Assembly: GCF_964188315.1 (NCBI RefSeq)
Contig: NC_135655.1
Coordinates: 101,494,001 to 101,558,000, forward strand
Source: Podarcis muralis
Taxonomy: Eukaryota
DNA length: 64,000 bases
Direction: 5' to 3'
Made by a program: the position numbers and the translations under genes. The notes below the pieces were generated by a model. It searched no databases. It saw only the letters and a program-made list of their open reading frames with translations, and had not been told where the DNA came from. Below are positions 50,705 through 63,284 of the stretch, one piece after another. Each line of letters begins with the position of its first letter. Position 1 is the stretch's first letter.

Positions 50705-51736
50705 GAAGGACAGGACCACCATCATCCACAGCTATAGCTGGCACCAGTCAACCTGCCATCACCAAGACCACATCCGTTCTTCAAGATGGTGTCATCGTCA
50801 CAACTGCAGCTGGAAACCCACTACATAGCCAGCTCCCCCTTGGGAATGACTTTCCTTTTGTTGGTCATGAACATGCTCTGCATTTTCCACAGAACAGCAC
50901 TTCAAACAACAACCTTCCGCACTCTTTGAATCCAAACCTCTTTAGTTCACTACCTATCTCTTTGCCAGTGAATCAGCAGCACCTCCTAAACCAGAATCTA
51001 TTAAATATACTGCAGCCTTCAGCAGGAGAAGGCAAGTCTGAGGTCACCCTCAATCCTTTAGGTATTCTCAACCCAAATGTAAATGCTGCTTTAGCTTTGC
51101 TCTCCGGTGATGTGGATGGGCAGGTGCTGCAACCTGTTCATTTCCAGCTGCTAGCAGCTCTTCTACAGAACCAAGCCCAAACAGCTGCCATGTTCCCCTT
51201 AGCACCTTTCAATCTGTCCATCTCAGATCTGTTACAGCAACAGCAACACAATCCTGTACCCTCAGTAACACAGATGACAGCCCCACCACCAGATCACTTG
51301 CTTAGCAGTCAGTCAGATACCAACAGAGCTGATACCCTGTTAACCAGTTCCCTGGGAAACCCTTTCCCAAGCTTTTCAGGCACAGACACTACTTCAAACC
51401 CCCTGCTCCTTCCAGCTGTCACTGGGGCCTCAGGATTAATGCCCTTGAATCCCCAGCTGCTGGGTGGTGTTCTGAACTCTACATCGGGCAACCCTGCTAA
51501 TCATCCAGAGGTTTCCATAGCAACCTCCTCCCAGGCTACCACTACCACAGCCACTACATCATCAGCAGTGGCAGCACTGTCTGTCTCAACACTTGGTGGG
51601 ACAGCAGTGGTGTCAATGGCAGAAACATTGCTGAGCATATCTAATAATGCTGGGAGTACATCTGGTTCAGCTAAACTCAACAGTAACTCTGTGGTGCCAC
51701 AGCTACTTAACCCTCTACTGGGGACAGGTCTACTTG
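50705..51736 (+). CDS. MBD5: MBD5 coding exon 5, long form (1032 nt); short form ends at 51031 via a GC donor
   Basis: Long pyrimidine tract then gcag at 50704; [22 protein letters not shown]... matches MBD5; distal donor TTG|GTAAGT; phase 1 at both ends. Confidence 0.93.
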
Positions 51737-53503
51737 GTAAGTTAAATATTTTCACAGATTTTAAAAAAGGAAAAAAAATGGTGGTGGGTGGGAACTTCTT
51801 TTTTCAACCTTTTTTTCAAAACTCCATTTCATTGCACTTTTTCCCTAAAACGTTTATGCTATGTTAACTTGCTTAACCATTCCAGTGAAAGACTGCAAAT
51901 ATAATTGACAGACATTTTTAAACAGTATTTTTAAAACCCTATTATTTAGAAAGTATGATGCCATCAAAATTCAACCAACCAATTGGAATGGCTTTTACTT
52001 TTTTCAAATCTCATAGATGCATCTTTGGGATGCAGCATTTTTTTAATAGATAAAGATATAGATACAGATATATTCAAGGCATCACAGGGTTAGTATGAGT
52101 AGCTGTGCAATAGATAAGCTTCCAAGTCCATCTGAATTAAAAATTAATCATCATCAATGTGTCCAATCCCTAGATTATGATGACACAGTATATATAAAGC
52201 ACTCAGAGTACAGTCTTCCACAGGTTCAAGGCAATAAGCTGCCCTTCTAGCACTCTACACTTAAGTTCCCATGCTTCTTGGATTCTCGTTTTTTGGTAAG
52301 AAACCAATGGTTTCTAAACAACTTGACAAACATCAATAGAAAGTTTAATTCCAGTTCACATGTTTAAATCTAAGAGAGTAATATCCTAGATTTTCACATG
52401 AGGATTTTCACATTTATTGGGAAGTCCTTCATTGGAACACGACTGTACAACAGTGATATAAATGTGTGAATTGGGCCTGAGGGTCTGCCAAATTCTTGTG
52501 CTTCCTTTATGAATATCCCTACCTGGTTGTGTGTGTTTGTGTGTGTGTATGTATGTTCAGTGAATTGCTGCTAATAAAACATAGATAGAAGTATTATGTG
52601 CAAGCATTTTTCTGATAAACACAGACCTAACTTGCTAAGAACTTGCGATAAAATTTGTATTCTGTGCCAGATTTATTGCTTATTCATAATACTTGTGCAT
52701 TTTGTGCCAAATTGCTTGTGTCTTCTAAGTGTGTGCTCTAGCATTACATAGGTGCCTGTAAAATAGGCTGGTGTGCAAAGGATTGTGCGCAGAGCTTCCA
52801 TACACCTACCAGGTTTTCTCACGTCCACGTAGTCCTCTATTTCTGTTGTATTGTAGCTTTTGATGCAACATAAAGTAGTGTGGTCAGAGAAGGAAATGGA
52901 GCAAGCCTCATGCAAAGGTACATGTGTATGGGGGCCTTTTGGATCCCATTCATAAAAATTAACCTCGCTTGCATCAACTAAGTATTATGAGATTCTAGCT
53001 TCTAGTTTTCCTTAGCTGGTTACTGCTTTAAAAAAAAGTGTAAAAGTTTCATTCATTTGCAAAGGTCTTGTAAAAAATAAGTCACTTAAATGTAAACAGT
53101 CTCTATAATTTGTGCCGTTATTGGTTTACAAGGTTTTATTACAGTATTAGTAGTAGGAATGTTAAACATTTAAATAGGATTTTTTTAAAAAAATATTGTT
53201 AACAAGAGAGTACTTAAATGATTGTTTAATAAGCTGTAGAATATGTTGCTATTTAAGAAACGCCATAGAAGTTGCATTTAGTATATGCAAGGCGAATCCA
53301 GAGTTAGACTTCATTGTAAGCAAGACTGCTGGCTGCGAAAGAAATCCATACCTTGCATATTAGTTCCCTGAAATATTGATTCACTGAAGGGTTGGGGGGG
53401 GGGAGTTTTATTCCACATCTTGTCACTAAGTGGTAAAATATGACCCATGTGTTACACCTTCAGAAAATTGTTGACTTAAATATCTATACATTTGGAATTG
53501 CAG

Positions 53504-53712
53504 GTGACATGTCATCAATAAATACGACCCTTAATAATCACCAACTGACGCATCTACAGTCACTGTTCAACAACAATCAAATGTTTCCATCAAATCAGCA
53601 ACAGCAGCTTCTTCAAGGCTATCAGAATCTCCAAGGCTTTCAAGGACAGACCCCCATTCCTGGGCCACCTAACAACTCAAACCCTATGGCTTGTCTGTTC
53701 CAGAATTTCCAG
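53504..53712 (+). CDS. MBD5: MBD5 coding exon 6, (G)[20 protein letters not shown]...[11 protein letters not shown]
   Basis: Acceptor ttgcag at 53503; donor CAG|GTAGAA; 209 nt, phase 1 to 0. Confidence 0.95.
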
Positions 53713-54562
53713 GTAGAAGTTGGTTTGTTCTTTCAAGTTTTCCATGAAAAATAATACAAATTCCTATACTGCTTCAGTAGTTTATTGCGGATTTTAAAGC
53801 AATGTCTGTATGAAGTTAAATCATCCCATTTTATTATCTCAGTACTTTAACATCCGTTGATTATTCTTAGACTGTTACATTGTGAACTTTTCACTTCTCA
53901 TAAGTTACAAGGAAATACTGCGGTACTGCTCTTCAGAATGGCAATGGAAAAGTATTTCTCTGCAATTTTTGGACCTGGTGTTATATTTATTTATCAGTGT
54001 TTAAGTTTAGAAGACTTGCATTGACTTAAGTATTCTGAAACAAATCCCTGTAAATGCATTTTTAAAATATCTTCCCTGTCATTGCTATCTGCGTGCATAA
54101 GTTAAGCTAAGAAAATGACAGAAAATATCAGCGGCTACTAGATCATAAAAGAGAGCTACCTTGTGCAGTAACATCATTATAGTACTTCCAAACTCAAAAG
54201 CTGGATGAAAATTAATGCAGAGGGTAGCAGAAGAAAAGCTTTTATTCTTTGAGAATAATAGCAAAATACATCATTTTGTTATTCTAGACAACTAAATATT
54301 TCCCTGTGTTTGCAAAAATCATGGCCTTCAGGGTGCTTTTTATCTTCCTCACATTGTGCTATGTGACTTTCTGGTTTTTTGCTTTGTTAGACATGAATCA
54401 TGCATATATTTAATGTTGGTAACTGTTTAATGTAGCCATGACAAATATTGCTAGACTGCTTTTCTATACAGGCTTTGATAGATAATACTGGGGGGAAAGC
54501 TTAGATGCAGATTGTGAAAATATCATAGTATAGGCTACAATTGATGTAGATTCTTTAGGGTT

Positions 54563-55062
54563 GTTGTTGTTTAGTTGTGTCCGACTCTTCGTGACCCCAT
54601 GGACGAGAGCACACCAGGCACTCCTGTCTTCCACTGCCTCCCGCAGTTTGGTCAAACTCATGCTGGTAGCTTCAAGAACACTGTCCAACCATCTCGTCCT
54701 CTGTCGTCCCCTTCTCCTTGTGCCCTCCATCTTTCCCAACATCAGGGTCTTTTCCAGGGAGTCTTCTCTTCTCATGAGGTGGCCAAAGTATTGGAGCCTC
54801 AGCTTGAGGATCTGTCCTTCCAGTGAGCACTCAGGGCTGATTTCCTTCAGAATGGATAGGTTTGATGTTCTAGCAGTCCATGGGACTCTCAAGAGTCTCC
54901 TCCAGCACCATAATTCAAAAGCATCAATTCTTCGGCCATCAGCCTTCTTTATGGTCCAGCTCTCACTTCCATACATCACTACTGGGAAAACCATAGCTTT
55001 AACTATACGGACCTTTGTTGGCAAGGTGATGTCTCTGCTTTTTGTTGGCAAGGTGATGTCTC
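54563..55062 (-). mobile_element. RTE Bov-B LINE 3' end with 12-bp TSD TTCTTTAGGGTT
   Basis: Track ORF 54464-55051 (SRDITLPTKVRIVKAMVFPVVMYGSESW...); (TTG)n tail; TSD at 54551-54562 and 55063-55074. Confidence 0.95.
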
Positions 55063-55199
55063 TTCTTTAGGGTTAGTGAGGGCAGAAAAGGAGAAATTTA
55101 ATCCACACAAGATAGGGGTGTGATTAATTAAGAAGACTATTGTACTGGATAAAAGATTGCAACTGGTCCTGGATGGGGCTGCCCTTCCCTCAAAGAGCC

Positions 55200-55600
55200 A
55201 AGTTTGCCTGGGACTTCCTCAGGTTTGGGTAGTGTCAGCATCAACCAACTTCAGCTTTGTCGACAGTTACAACCCTATCTGGTGAAAGTAATCCTGGCCA
55301 CAGTCATGCATGGACTGGTTATTTCCACCCTACTGCAATGCTTTGTAAATAAGACCGCTGTTGAACAAAGTTTGAAATCTTCAGTAGGTACAGAAGGGCA
55401 CTTGTGGGGTCTCGTGCTTTGTGCATGTAATAGCAGCCCTGCATCAGCTGCATTGGTTATCCCTTTGCTTCCAAGCTCAATTCAAAGTTCTGGTTGTAAC
55501 TTATTACAGTTTATTTTAAAGGGCTCCCAACACCAGGTTCTACAGGCCTCTCTATCTAGTCCCAGGAAATGCACCCTCTCCCCAGACTTTGCCCTTTACT
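55200..55600 (+). mobile_element. Old degenerate L2 fragment
   Basis: QLQLCRQLQPYL...LATVMHGLVIS resembles L2 ORF2; CAGCTGCATTGGTT is an LHW remnant. Confidence 0.5.
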
Positions 55601-56299
55601 GATTTCCATGGCACATGCATTTACCTGACTGTAATGAGTCGATGAAATCTGATAAAGCCTCTTGCTAGTCTGGAACTTCCTCTCCTGCTAACTTTGTTTG
55701 GCTCCCTCACTTCAGAATTATAAAGAAACCCTAAAGACTCTTTGATTTTCTAATCTTCGGATTGGTCTGTTGCTGGCTTGAATTTTGCTGCCATTTAGCT
55801 ATTCATATTCTATTGCGTTATTTTAATTTTTTTATTTTACGCTGCCTTGGGGTGGCTTATTCTGAAAGACAGCAGGTAGATAATGTAAATGAATACATAA
55901 ACAAACAAATGTTTGGTAGCATGAGAGTGATACCTACATTTATACATATAGAATATACGTGCTTGAGTTCAACTGGATAGTAGATTGTGAACTTGGCAAG
56001 TGTGCGATAAAGGGTTCTTTAAAGGAAACATTTGCAGTGATGGTTAGAAGAGAAAATTTATCAGATAGGTGGTCCATGTATGGGGATTGGGAAAACGTTA
56101 TCAAGGTATTCACTGAGGCCACAATCTTGAGGGCAGATTTTGCACTTTAGATCCTATAGACTTAAACTGAATTTAAATAGCAAAAGCCAACTCGCCCCCC
56201 CTCCCCGGGGGGAGCAATAATAGGAGAAGTAGTATCACCATTGTCCTCCCACTTTTTAAACTAAAAAAATAAATAAAACTCCAAGGAAACTCACAAATC

Positions 56300-56660
56300 C
56301 AAAAGCATATTAAAACATGGAATAAAACAGAAGTTACATGTGCAAAACAGAAACATAAAACAGTAACTTACTTGAAAAGTATAAAGGCAGACATGCCCAG
56401 CAGAACACAAGCAGAGCATTGCCTCAAGCTCAGCATCTTCTAAAGGCTCTCTAGAAAAAGTGCCAAGAGAAAGGAGAGTTTCCCAAGAAGAGAGTTCCTT
56501 ATGGCACTGCTGCCAAAAAGGCCCTATCCTAGGTAACCAGTAGGGACTGCAGACAGCAGAGGGTCTCTGAAGATCTGAAAGTATAGGTAGGTTCATGCAG
56601 AATTCCAAGGAGTGTACGTGCTGTAAGGGCCTATTAGTAGCATTTCCCAGGGACTGCAAG
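56300..56660 (-). mobile_element. Possible degenerate L2 3' fragment
   Basis: Same reverse-oriented layout as other L2 3' ends; heavily decayed. Confidence 0.35.
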
Positions 56661-57134
56661 GGTGACTTCCTCATATGCAGTGTGTTTCGGGGTAATTCAA
56701 ACCAAAGTAAGGAATCAAGAATAGAAAAAAAAAACCTGAGGTTGAGCTTGTAGGATTGGAAGCCTTACCAGGGCATGTAGTTGCATTCTGCTAACAAGGG
56801 TATAAAAATACAGAACTTTTTAAGGCGAGCAGTTTAGCACTATTTGCTCCCCAGTAACATACTGTGGTGCACCTGCTCCTGTTTGTGGTTAGCTGCTGGA
56901 TTTGGAGATTGGGCAGTGTCTTGATAAGGGAAAGGCATAGACTATATTTTATTTTTGTCCCTGCATGTTATCATTCACTTCTAACACCATGAAAAATGAA
57001 TTTGAATCAATATGAATAGTAGTTCTTCACGCATGCTTTTAGTTTTTGTCTTGACTGAAACAATTGTGACCTGAAATTGCTATTAGAAACCAAACGAAAC
57101 CTGATCTTATTTCCCCTCCTTCTGATTTTTAAAG

Positions 57135-58343
57135 GTGAGAATGCAAGAGGAGGCAGCTTTTCTGAACAAAAGAATGATCAGTCAAATGGGGATGCCACCA
57201 GTTCCCGAGAGTTCCAACACCCCACTTCCTCCATTTCAAGATACGGTGTGCAACTTGCAGCAAAGGACAGAGCCGTCTGTAGGGCACCAGGCAAAGGACA
57301 GCCTCAACCTAGCTACCCCGGGAGATGGTTCAGTCGATGCTATCTACAAAGCAGTGGTAGATGCTGCAAGCAAGGGGATGCAAGTAGTTATCACCACCGC
57401 AGTGAACAGTACAACACAAATGAGCCCCATTCCAGCCCTGAGTGCCATGAGTGCCTTCACAGCCTCAATTGGTGACCCATTAAATCTTTCTAGTGCGGTC
57501 AGTGCAGTAATCCACGGAAGAAATGTTGGCATTTCTGATCATGAAGGTAGGGCAAGGAACACGAGGGGGGCACGAATATTGAAGAATTCAGAACACCTTA
57601 AAAATTCCAGTGAGGGGGAGGGCTTGGAATACTATAAAACAACAGGTTGCAACACACCCAAAAAACAATGGGAAGGGGAACAAAGCCCTGGAGGGGAAAT
57701 GAACAGATGGAAGTGTGAGGAATTTCTAGACCATTCATCCCATATCCACAGCAGTCCTTGCCATGAAAGACCTAATAATGTCTCCACACTGCCATTAGTT
57801 CAAGGCAAGCAGCATCCAATACTGTTACCCCAGCGAAATTGTCAAAGTGATAAGATGTTGGAGGAGAACTTCAGGTATAGCAATTACAAAAGAACTATGA
57901 TGAGTTTTAAAGAAAGACTAGAGAACACTGTGGAACGATGTGCACACATGAATGGAAACAGGCCTCAACAAAGCAGAGGTTTTGGAGAGTTGCTGAATGC
58001 TTCTAAACAAGACCTGGCAGTGGAGGAGCAGTCTCCAAGTTCCTCCAATAGCTTTGAAAGTTCTCTAGTTAAAGACTACATCCATTATAATGGGGACTTC
58101 AATGCCAAAAGCATTAATGGGTGTGTGCCTAGTCCTTCAGATGCTAAAAGCATTAGTAGTGAAGATGACCTAAGGAATCCTGAATCCCCTTCTTCAAATG
58201 AGTTGCTACATTACAGGCCAAGGACGTTTAACGTTGGGGACTTGGTCTGGGGCCAAATAAAAGGACTGACTTCATGGCCTGGTAAACTAGTAAGAGAAGA
58301 TGACATTCACAACTCATGTCAACAAAGCACTGAGGATGGGAAG
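57135..58343 (+). CDS. MBD5: MBD5 coding exon 7 (1209 nt), ends with first half of the PWWP domain ([23 protein letters not shown])
   Basis: Acceptor ctgatttttaaag at 57134; [13 protein letters not shown]...[22 protein letters not shown]...; donor AAG|GTATAT; phase 0/0. Confidence 0.96.
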
Positions 58344-58718
58344 GTATATTTATACATGTGTTTATTTTATCTTATTAGTAACAAATGTGTCTCTTACACA
58401 ATATTTTAATCTCTCTGTTGCTTTTTGAAAAGATATTATTGCTTATACCCTTTAATGTGCTGATGGAGTTTTCATTCCTATTTCATGACTACAATCGCAA
58501 AGGGGCAGGGTTGCTTTTCTCTCCTACTTGTGAACCTTACAGATAGCTTGGGGAAAGGACCAATTTACTTTTTTAAAAATACACAAAATGCATTCTGACA
58601 ACTTACACTGTTGATGCCTTTTAAATATGAATTTATGATAGATTTATTTAATTCCCTGAAGTTGTAAAAATTTGTACAACATTCACATTTATTATCATGC
58701 ATGGTAATTTAAAGGTAG

Positions 58719-59062
58719 GGACACGGGTGGCGCTGTGGTCTAAACCACTGAGCCTAGGGCTCACCGATCAGGAGGTCGGCGGTTCGGATCCCCGCGATGG
58801 GGTGAGCTCCCGTTGCTCGGTCCCATCTCCTGCCAACCTAGCAGTTTGAAAGCACGTCAAAGTGCAAGTAGATAAATAGGTACCAGCGGGAAGGTAAACG
58901 CCGTTTCCGTGCGCTGCTCTGGTTCACCAGAAGCAGCTTAGTCATGCTGGCCACATGACCCGGAAGCTGTATGCTTGCTCCCTCGGCCAATAAAGCGAGA
59001 TGAGCGCCGCAACCCCAGAGTCCTCCGTGACTGACTTAACGGTCAGGGGTACCTTTACCTTT
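58719..59062 (+). mobile_element. Sauria SINE, full length, 14-bp TSD TAATTTAAAGGTAG
   Basis: TSD at 58705-58718 and 59063-59076; ACCTTT tail. Confidence 0.95.
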
Positions 59063-59090
59063 TAATTTAAAGGTAGTTATAATCAACTTT

Positions 59091-59840
59091 AAAGCAGTTG
59101 GTCCCTTACCTTTCCCGCCCCGACCTGGCCACAGTGATCCATGCAAGGGTCATCTCCAGGCTTGACTACTGTAATTCGCTCTACGCGGGGCTGCCCTTGA
59201 AGCTGTCCCAGAAACTCCAGCGGGTGCAGAATGCTGCAGCGAGGCTCCTCACGGGGTCCCTGCCAAGGGAGCATATTCATCCAGTGCTTTTCAAGCTGCA
59301 CTGGCTCCCGGTGGAGTACAGGGTCAGATTTAAGGTGCTGCTTTTGACCTTTAAAGCCCTTCACGGCCTAGGACCCTCGTACCTACGGGACCGCCTCTCC
59401 CGGTATGCCCCACGGAGAGCCTCAAGGTCCATAAATAGCAACACCCTAGTGGTCCCAGGCCCTAAGGAAGTTAGATTAGCTTCAACCAGAGCCAGGGCCT
59501 TTTCAACTCTGGCTCCGGCCTGGTGGAACGCTCTGCCTCATGAGACCAGGGCCCTGCAGGATCTGATTTCTTTCCGCAGGGCCTGTAAGACAGAGTTGTT
59601 CCGCCTGGCCTTTGGCTTGGAGCCAATTTGATTCCCTCCCTCTCTTTCTTTTTTCTTTTTCTTCTCCTCCTGCGAGGAGGCTATATTTTAATATTTTAAT
59701 GTTTCAATATTTTAATGTTGTATTTTAATTTTGCTTTTAAGTTGTAATCATTCAGCTTGTTTTTATTATTGCTTGTAAGCCGCTCTGAGCCCAGCCTTGG
59801 CTGGGGAGGGCGGGGTATAAATAAAAATTATTATTATTAA
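59091..59840 (+). mobile_element. L2-clade LINE 3' end, same family as 34275-35045; ORF2 tail still open (59098-59631)
   Basis: SRLDYCNSLYAGLP...QNAAARLL...LHWLPVEYRVRFKVL...WWNALP...; same 3' terminus. Confidence 0.93.
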
Positions 59841-62271
59841 CAGATGGGAGATGCAGCTTCTCAAACAAAACAAAAATATCAGCCCGCTAGCTTGTGTAGG
59901 AACATTTATTAGTAGATCTTGTGACTACTTTAACAGCAGCCACATTGTGTTACTCTTAATTTATGACTTGTTAAATTAATGGAAGTTTAATGGATTTTTT
60001 ATTTTAAAACCTTTATACCAAGCGGTAATTCCAGGAAGTTCATTATAATTTTAGGACATTCTGTGCATTTATTGTTTTTTTCAAATAATTTTTTTGGAGG
60101 AGAATCATATCAGTTCAGATCCCCAGAGGTCTTTCCAATAGAAGTATGCAGTAAAAATATTTTTAATAAAGGAAAATAAAACTGAATGTTATTAGAGATA
60201 GTGCTAAGGTGATTTCTTTAAAAAAAACAAAACACCATTGATAACTTTGACTTCCATTGACAATTGTAACGTATATTTTATATTCTTTGTAAACTGCTTG
60301 AGTTTTTATTTACAATTAAGCAGTATACAAATTCAGATAAATAAATGAAATAAATTTAATATTGGCCAGGAACTCTAGAACAGTTTGCTGCATGCGTGTT
60401 CATCATGATGACCTGTATTAAATGATGGCATCTCTTGTGAATTATAAATTGGCTGTCATAAGTTAATTTCCAGAGCTAGAAAATGGGGTTCTGTGCCAGC
60501 TGTAAGCATCTTTGGAATCTCTTAGATCTTGAGTCAAGAAGCTGCTTTCCCTGTACTTCTCATCAAAGGACTATTTCACTCTGTATGAGATAAGATATAA
60601 GTACTATGCTCTGGAGAACCTTTTTTCAGGGATTAAAAATTGTCATACTATAAGGTTTACTAATGCAAAATGAATTAGTATCCCAGATTCATATCTTCAG
60701 CTAATCTCTTCAGCATGATCGTTCTATGCTGAGCTTTAATATAGCTGATATTATATCTGTTCTGATTAACTTCAGATAGGCAATACTAACATCAGTATGG
60801 GATCCACAGTTATAGATTCCATACAGTGGGGACACTGCTAGAGTGACAGCATTATGGTATTGATCAGCAAATGCCTATATTTACCCTTTTGGAATCCTCA
60901 GATCAGTTAAAAAGGATACGGAACACCAAATGCTCTACCACTGCCATATCACAAATGCTGTGATACATACTGATGTAAAGTTAATTGGCCACTCCAAGTT
61001 CTTACATCGTGCAAACGTTCAAGATAAAGGCTTTAGGTTTCAGTCCTGTTGCTCAATTGAAGCTCATAGCAGGAGTTTTGTTGTTGTAATGGTTCAGTTG
61101 ACTTTATGCATTCATACAATGTATAAATTCGCTATTATTGATACAAAAAGATAATTGTCTATTTAAGTGTGTGTGTGTTTTGTTTAAAAGAAAAAAACAC
61201 CAAAGATGCAACAATGAAGATAAACTAATAGAATTTATTTCAGATTTTAAATGTTAATGTCATTGATTGGGTTGGTGAAATGAACTGTGAAGTTCTTGAA
61301 TACCATCGGAAAAACAAAGTTATCTACACATAATAATTATAATGTCATTTGTACATACGGCTGCACAAAACAAAGAAATCATGCTTTTACAAAGTTCAAT
61401 TAGAAACGGAATTGACTTGAGCCATCTGGTGCTGAAATCTATAATTTTTATTCCTTATTTCACAACAGCTGAACTCTCTTTAGTGTTGCCCAATTTGTAG
61501 TTTTTGTTGTTAATTACAGTGGACTAAATTGTATAGTGGAATATTGGTACCAAAACAAAATGTGTTGCTTTAATAATCAATCAAAGATTAAGCATAATTG
61601 TTTTACAAACCACCTCATTCACTTGCCATTTAAATTGTGTAGACAGGTAAATCTTATCCAGGACTTTAGCTGATACGGTGCAAACCTTGATTGTTTCCAC
61701 TAAAGTTAAAGTAACATTAAATCTGAGGCAAGTAAGTTGGGACTTCAGTTGCGCTAACCTGAAACTCCCTGATGATGTTGCAATAAGTGCCATGGTTAAT
61801 CTTTTCCTTCCATCCTGCTCTGAAAAATGCCCTTTTATAATTTTCCTGTGTGACTTTGGGACTTTTTGCCAAAAAACAGCACAATATTAGGCAGTTGCTG
61901 CTATTCCTGCTGCCACCACTACCCTGATAAAACATATATCACGAGAGTTGTAAGCCAAGATGTTCTCTTGGTTTGAGCTAGTCCTTAGCTCATGCAGTGC
62001 AGGACCTAGATGAAAGAAATGTTGTTACTAATATGAATTTTTAAACGTTCATGTGTAGATTTGGCACTTTACAATTGCAAAATCATCCACATACAGAACA
62101 GATTTTTCATATGTAAATATAGATATGCAAGGGGTTTTATATGTGACTTATACATGTGAGTAATGTTCATGCACTTTTTGGCATGTGTGCCAATAGGTTT
62201 GCATTCTATAGGACACTTTTACTGTGACTGTATTGTTCAACTCAAGAAGCCCAGAAGAATTATACAATTGT

Positions 62272-62409
62272 ATTGTATAGAATTGTAGAGTTGGAAGGTA
62301 TCACAAGGGTCATCTAGTCCAGTCCCATGCAATGCAGGAATCTTTTTGCCCAGCATGGGGCTCAAACCCACAACCCTGAGATTAAGAGTCTCATGTTCTA
62401 CTGACTGAG
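62272..62409 (-). mobile_element. Short SINE: tRNA-Lys(CTT)-like head plus CR1 3' tail
   Basis: Reverse strand CTCAGTCAGTAGAACATGAGACTCTTAATCTCAGGGTTGTGGGTTTGAGCCCCATGCTGGGC, then GATTCCTGCATTGC...GGACTAGATGACC...CCTTCCAACTCTACAATTCTAT. Confidence 0.8.
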
Positions 62410-62749
62410 GTCTTCTTTGCTGTCCATGCCAGGTGGGCTTTAGTCAGTGTTGAAGTTAATTATTTTTGTTAGTATAATGTATCTGAAGGTGTCTCTGTTG
62501 TTGCCTTGAATAACTGTGTAAAGGCAGATGAATGTTATGGAGACAGAAACCCATGGGATCATAGACTGTAAGTCTACCTGCAAATCAGTATTTAATAACT
62601 GGATGCCTGAGTGAAGAATAGTTGTCTTCACCTGCTCTCACACAATTGACCAGCAAGTGGTAAATATAGTTAAGAACCGTGATACAAAGTTGTAAGAAAA
62701 CTCTGAAAACCCTGAAAATGACCGACTTGGTGTTCATGTCTTTACTCAG

Positions 62750-62823
62750 GTGGAGCCTGATAAGTTGAAGACACTAACAGAAGGTCTGGAAGCCTACAAC
62801 CATGTCAGAAAGAGGAATAGAAA
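62750..62823 (+). CDS. MBD5: MBD5 coding exon 8, [24 protein letters not shown](K); gene continues beyond the window
   Basis: Acceptor gtctttactcag at 62749; donor GAAA|GTAAGT; 74 nt, too short for the ORF track; matches MBD5 C-terminal region. Confidence 0.93.
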
Positions 62824-63234
62824 GTAAGTATTTTATATATATGAAGAGTGGATTCCAGCGTAGCACTAAGTCTTACGTTCCATCAGTGCCCAATGAAATG
62901 TTCTCCCACCTGGCGCTCCCACTAATCCTGTCCTAGAGGTTTTCCCCCAACCTCCAGAGCAGATTTGGAGAGGGTGTAGCTCACACGTGGGGAGACGGAA
63001 GAGGGCAAGTCTTATTGCACAAGCAGAAATTCTTGCACTAATAGGATGGGTTCACTTTATCCTAGAGATAAATGACACTCTTTACAAAGACTGAAGTTAA
63101 TTTGAAAGAAGAATTGTAGTTTTTGGTGTGCTTACAGCTTCCATACGCATGCACACACACCAATTAGGAGTCAGTTGGGCTTGGAAGAAGATGAGACAAC
63201 ACAAGCCACTGCCTCTTTGCCCATCTTCCTTCTC

Positions 63235-63240
<6 letters not shown>

Positions 63241-63280
<40 letters not shown>
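63241..63280. repeat. (CT)n microsatellite
   Basis: Directly visible. Confidence 0.97.

Positions 63281-63284
<4 letters not shown>

Noticed and set aside
51737-51867. C-terminal extension of the exon 5 ORF ([10 protein letters not shown]...)
   Set aside because: Read-through past a consensus GTAAGT donor into AT-rich intron; no support as coding sequence.
53283-53360. 10-bp inverted repeat ATATGCAAGG / CCTTGCATAT upstream of exon 6
   Set aside because: Short stem with a long loop; expected by chance in 64 kb.
62348-62409. Functional tRNA-Lys gene
   Set aside because: The 5' acceptor strand is missing, the T-loop and stems carry CpG-decay changes, and it is fused to a CR1 tail.
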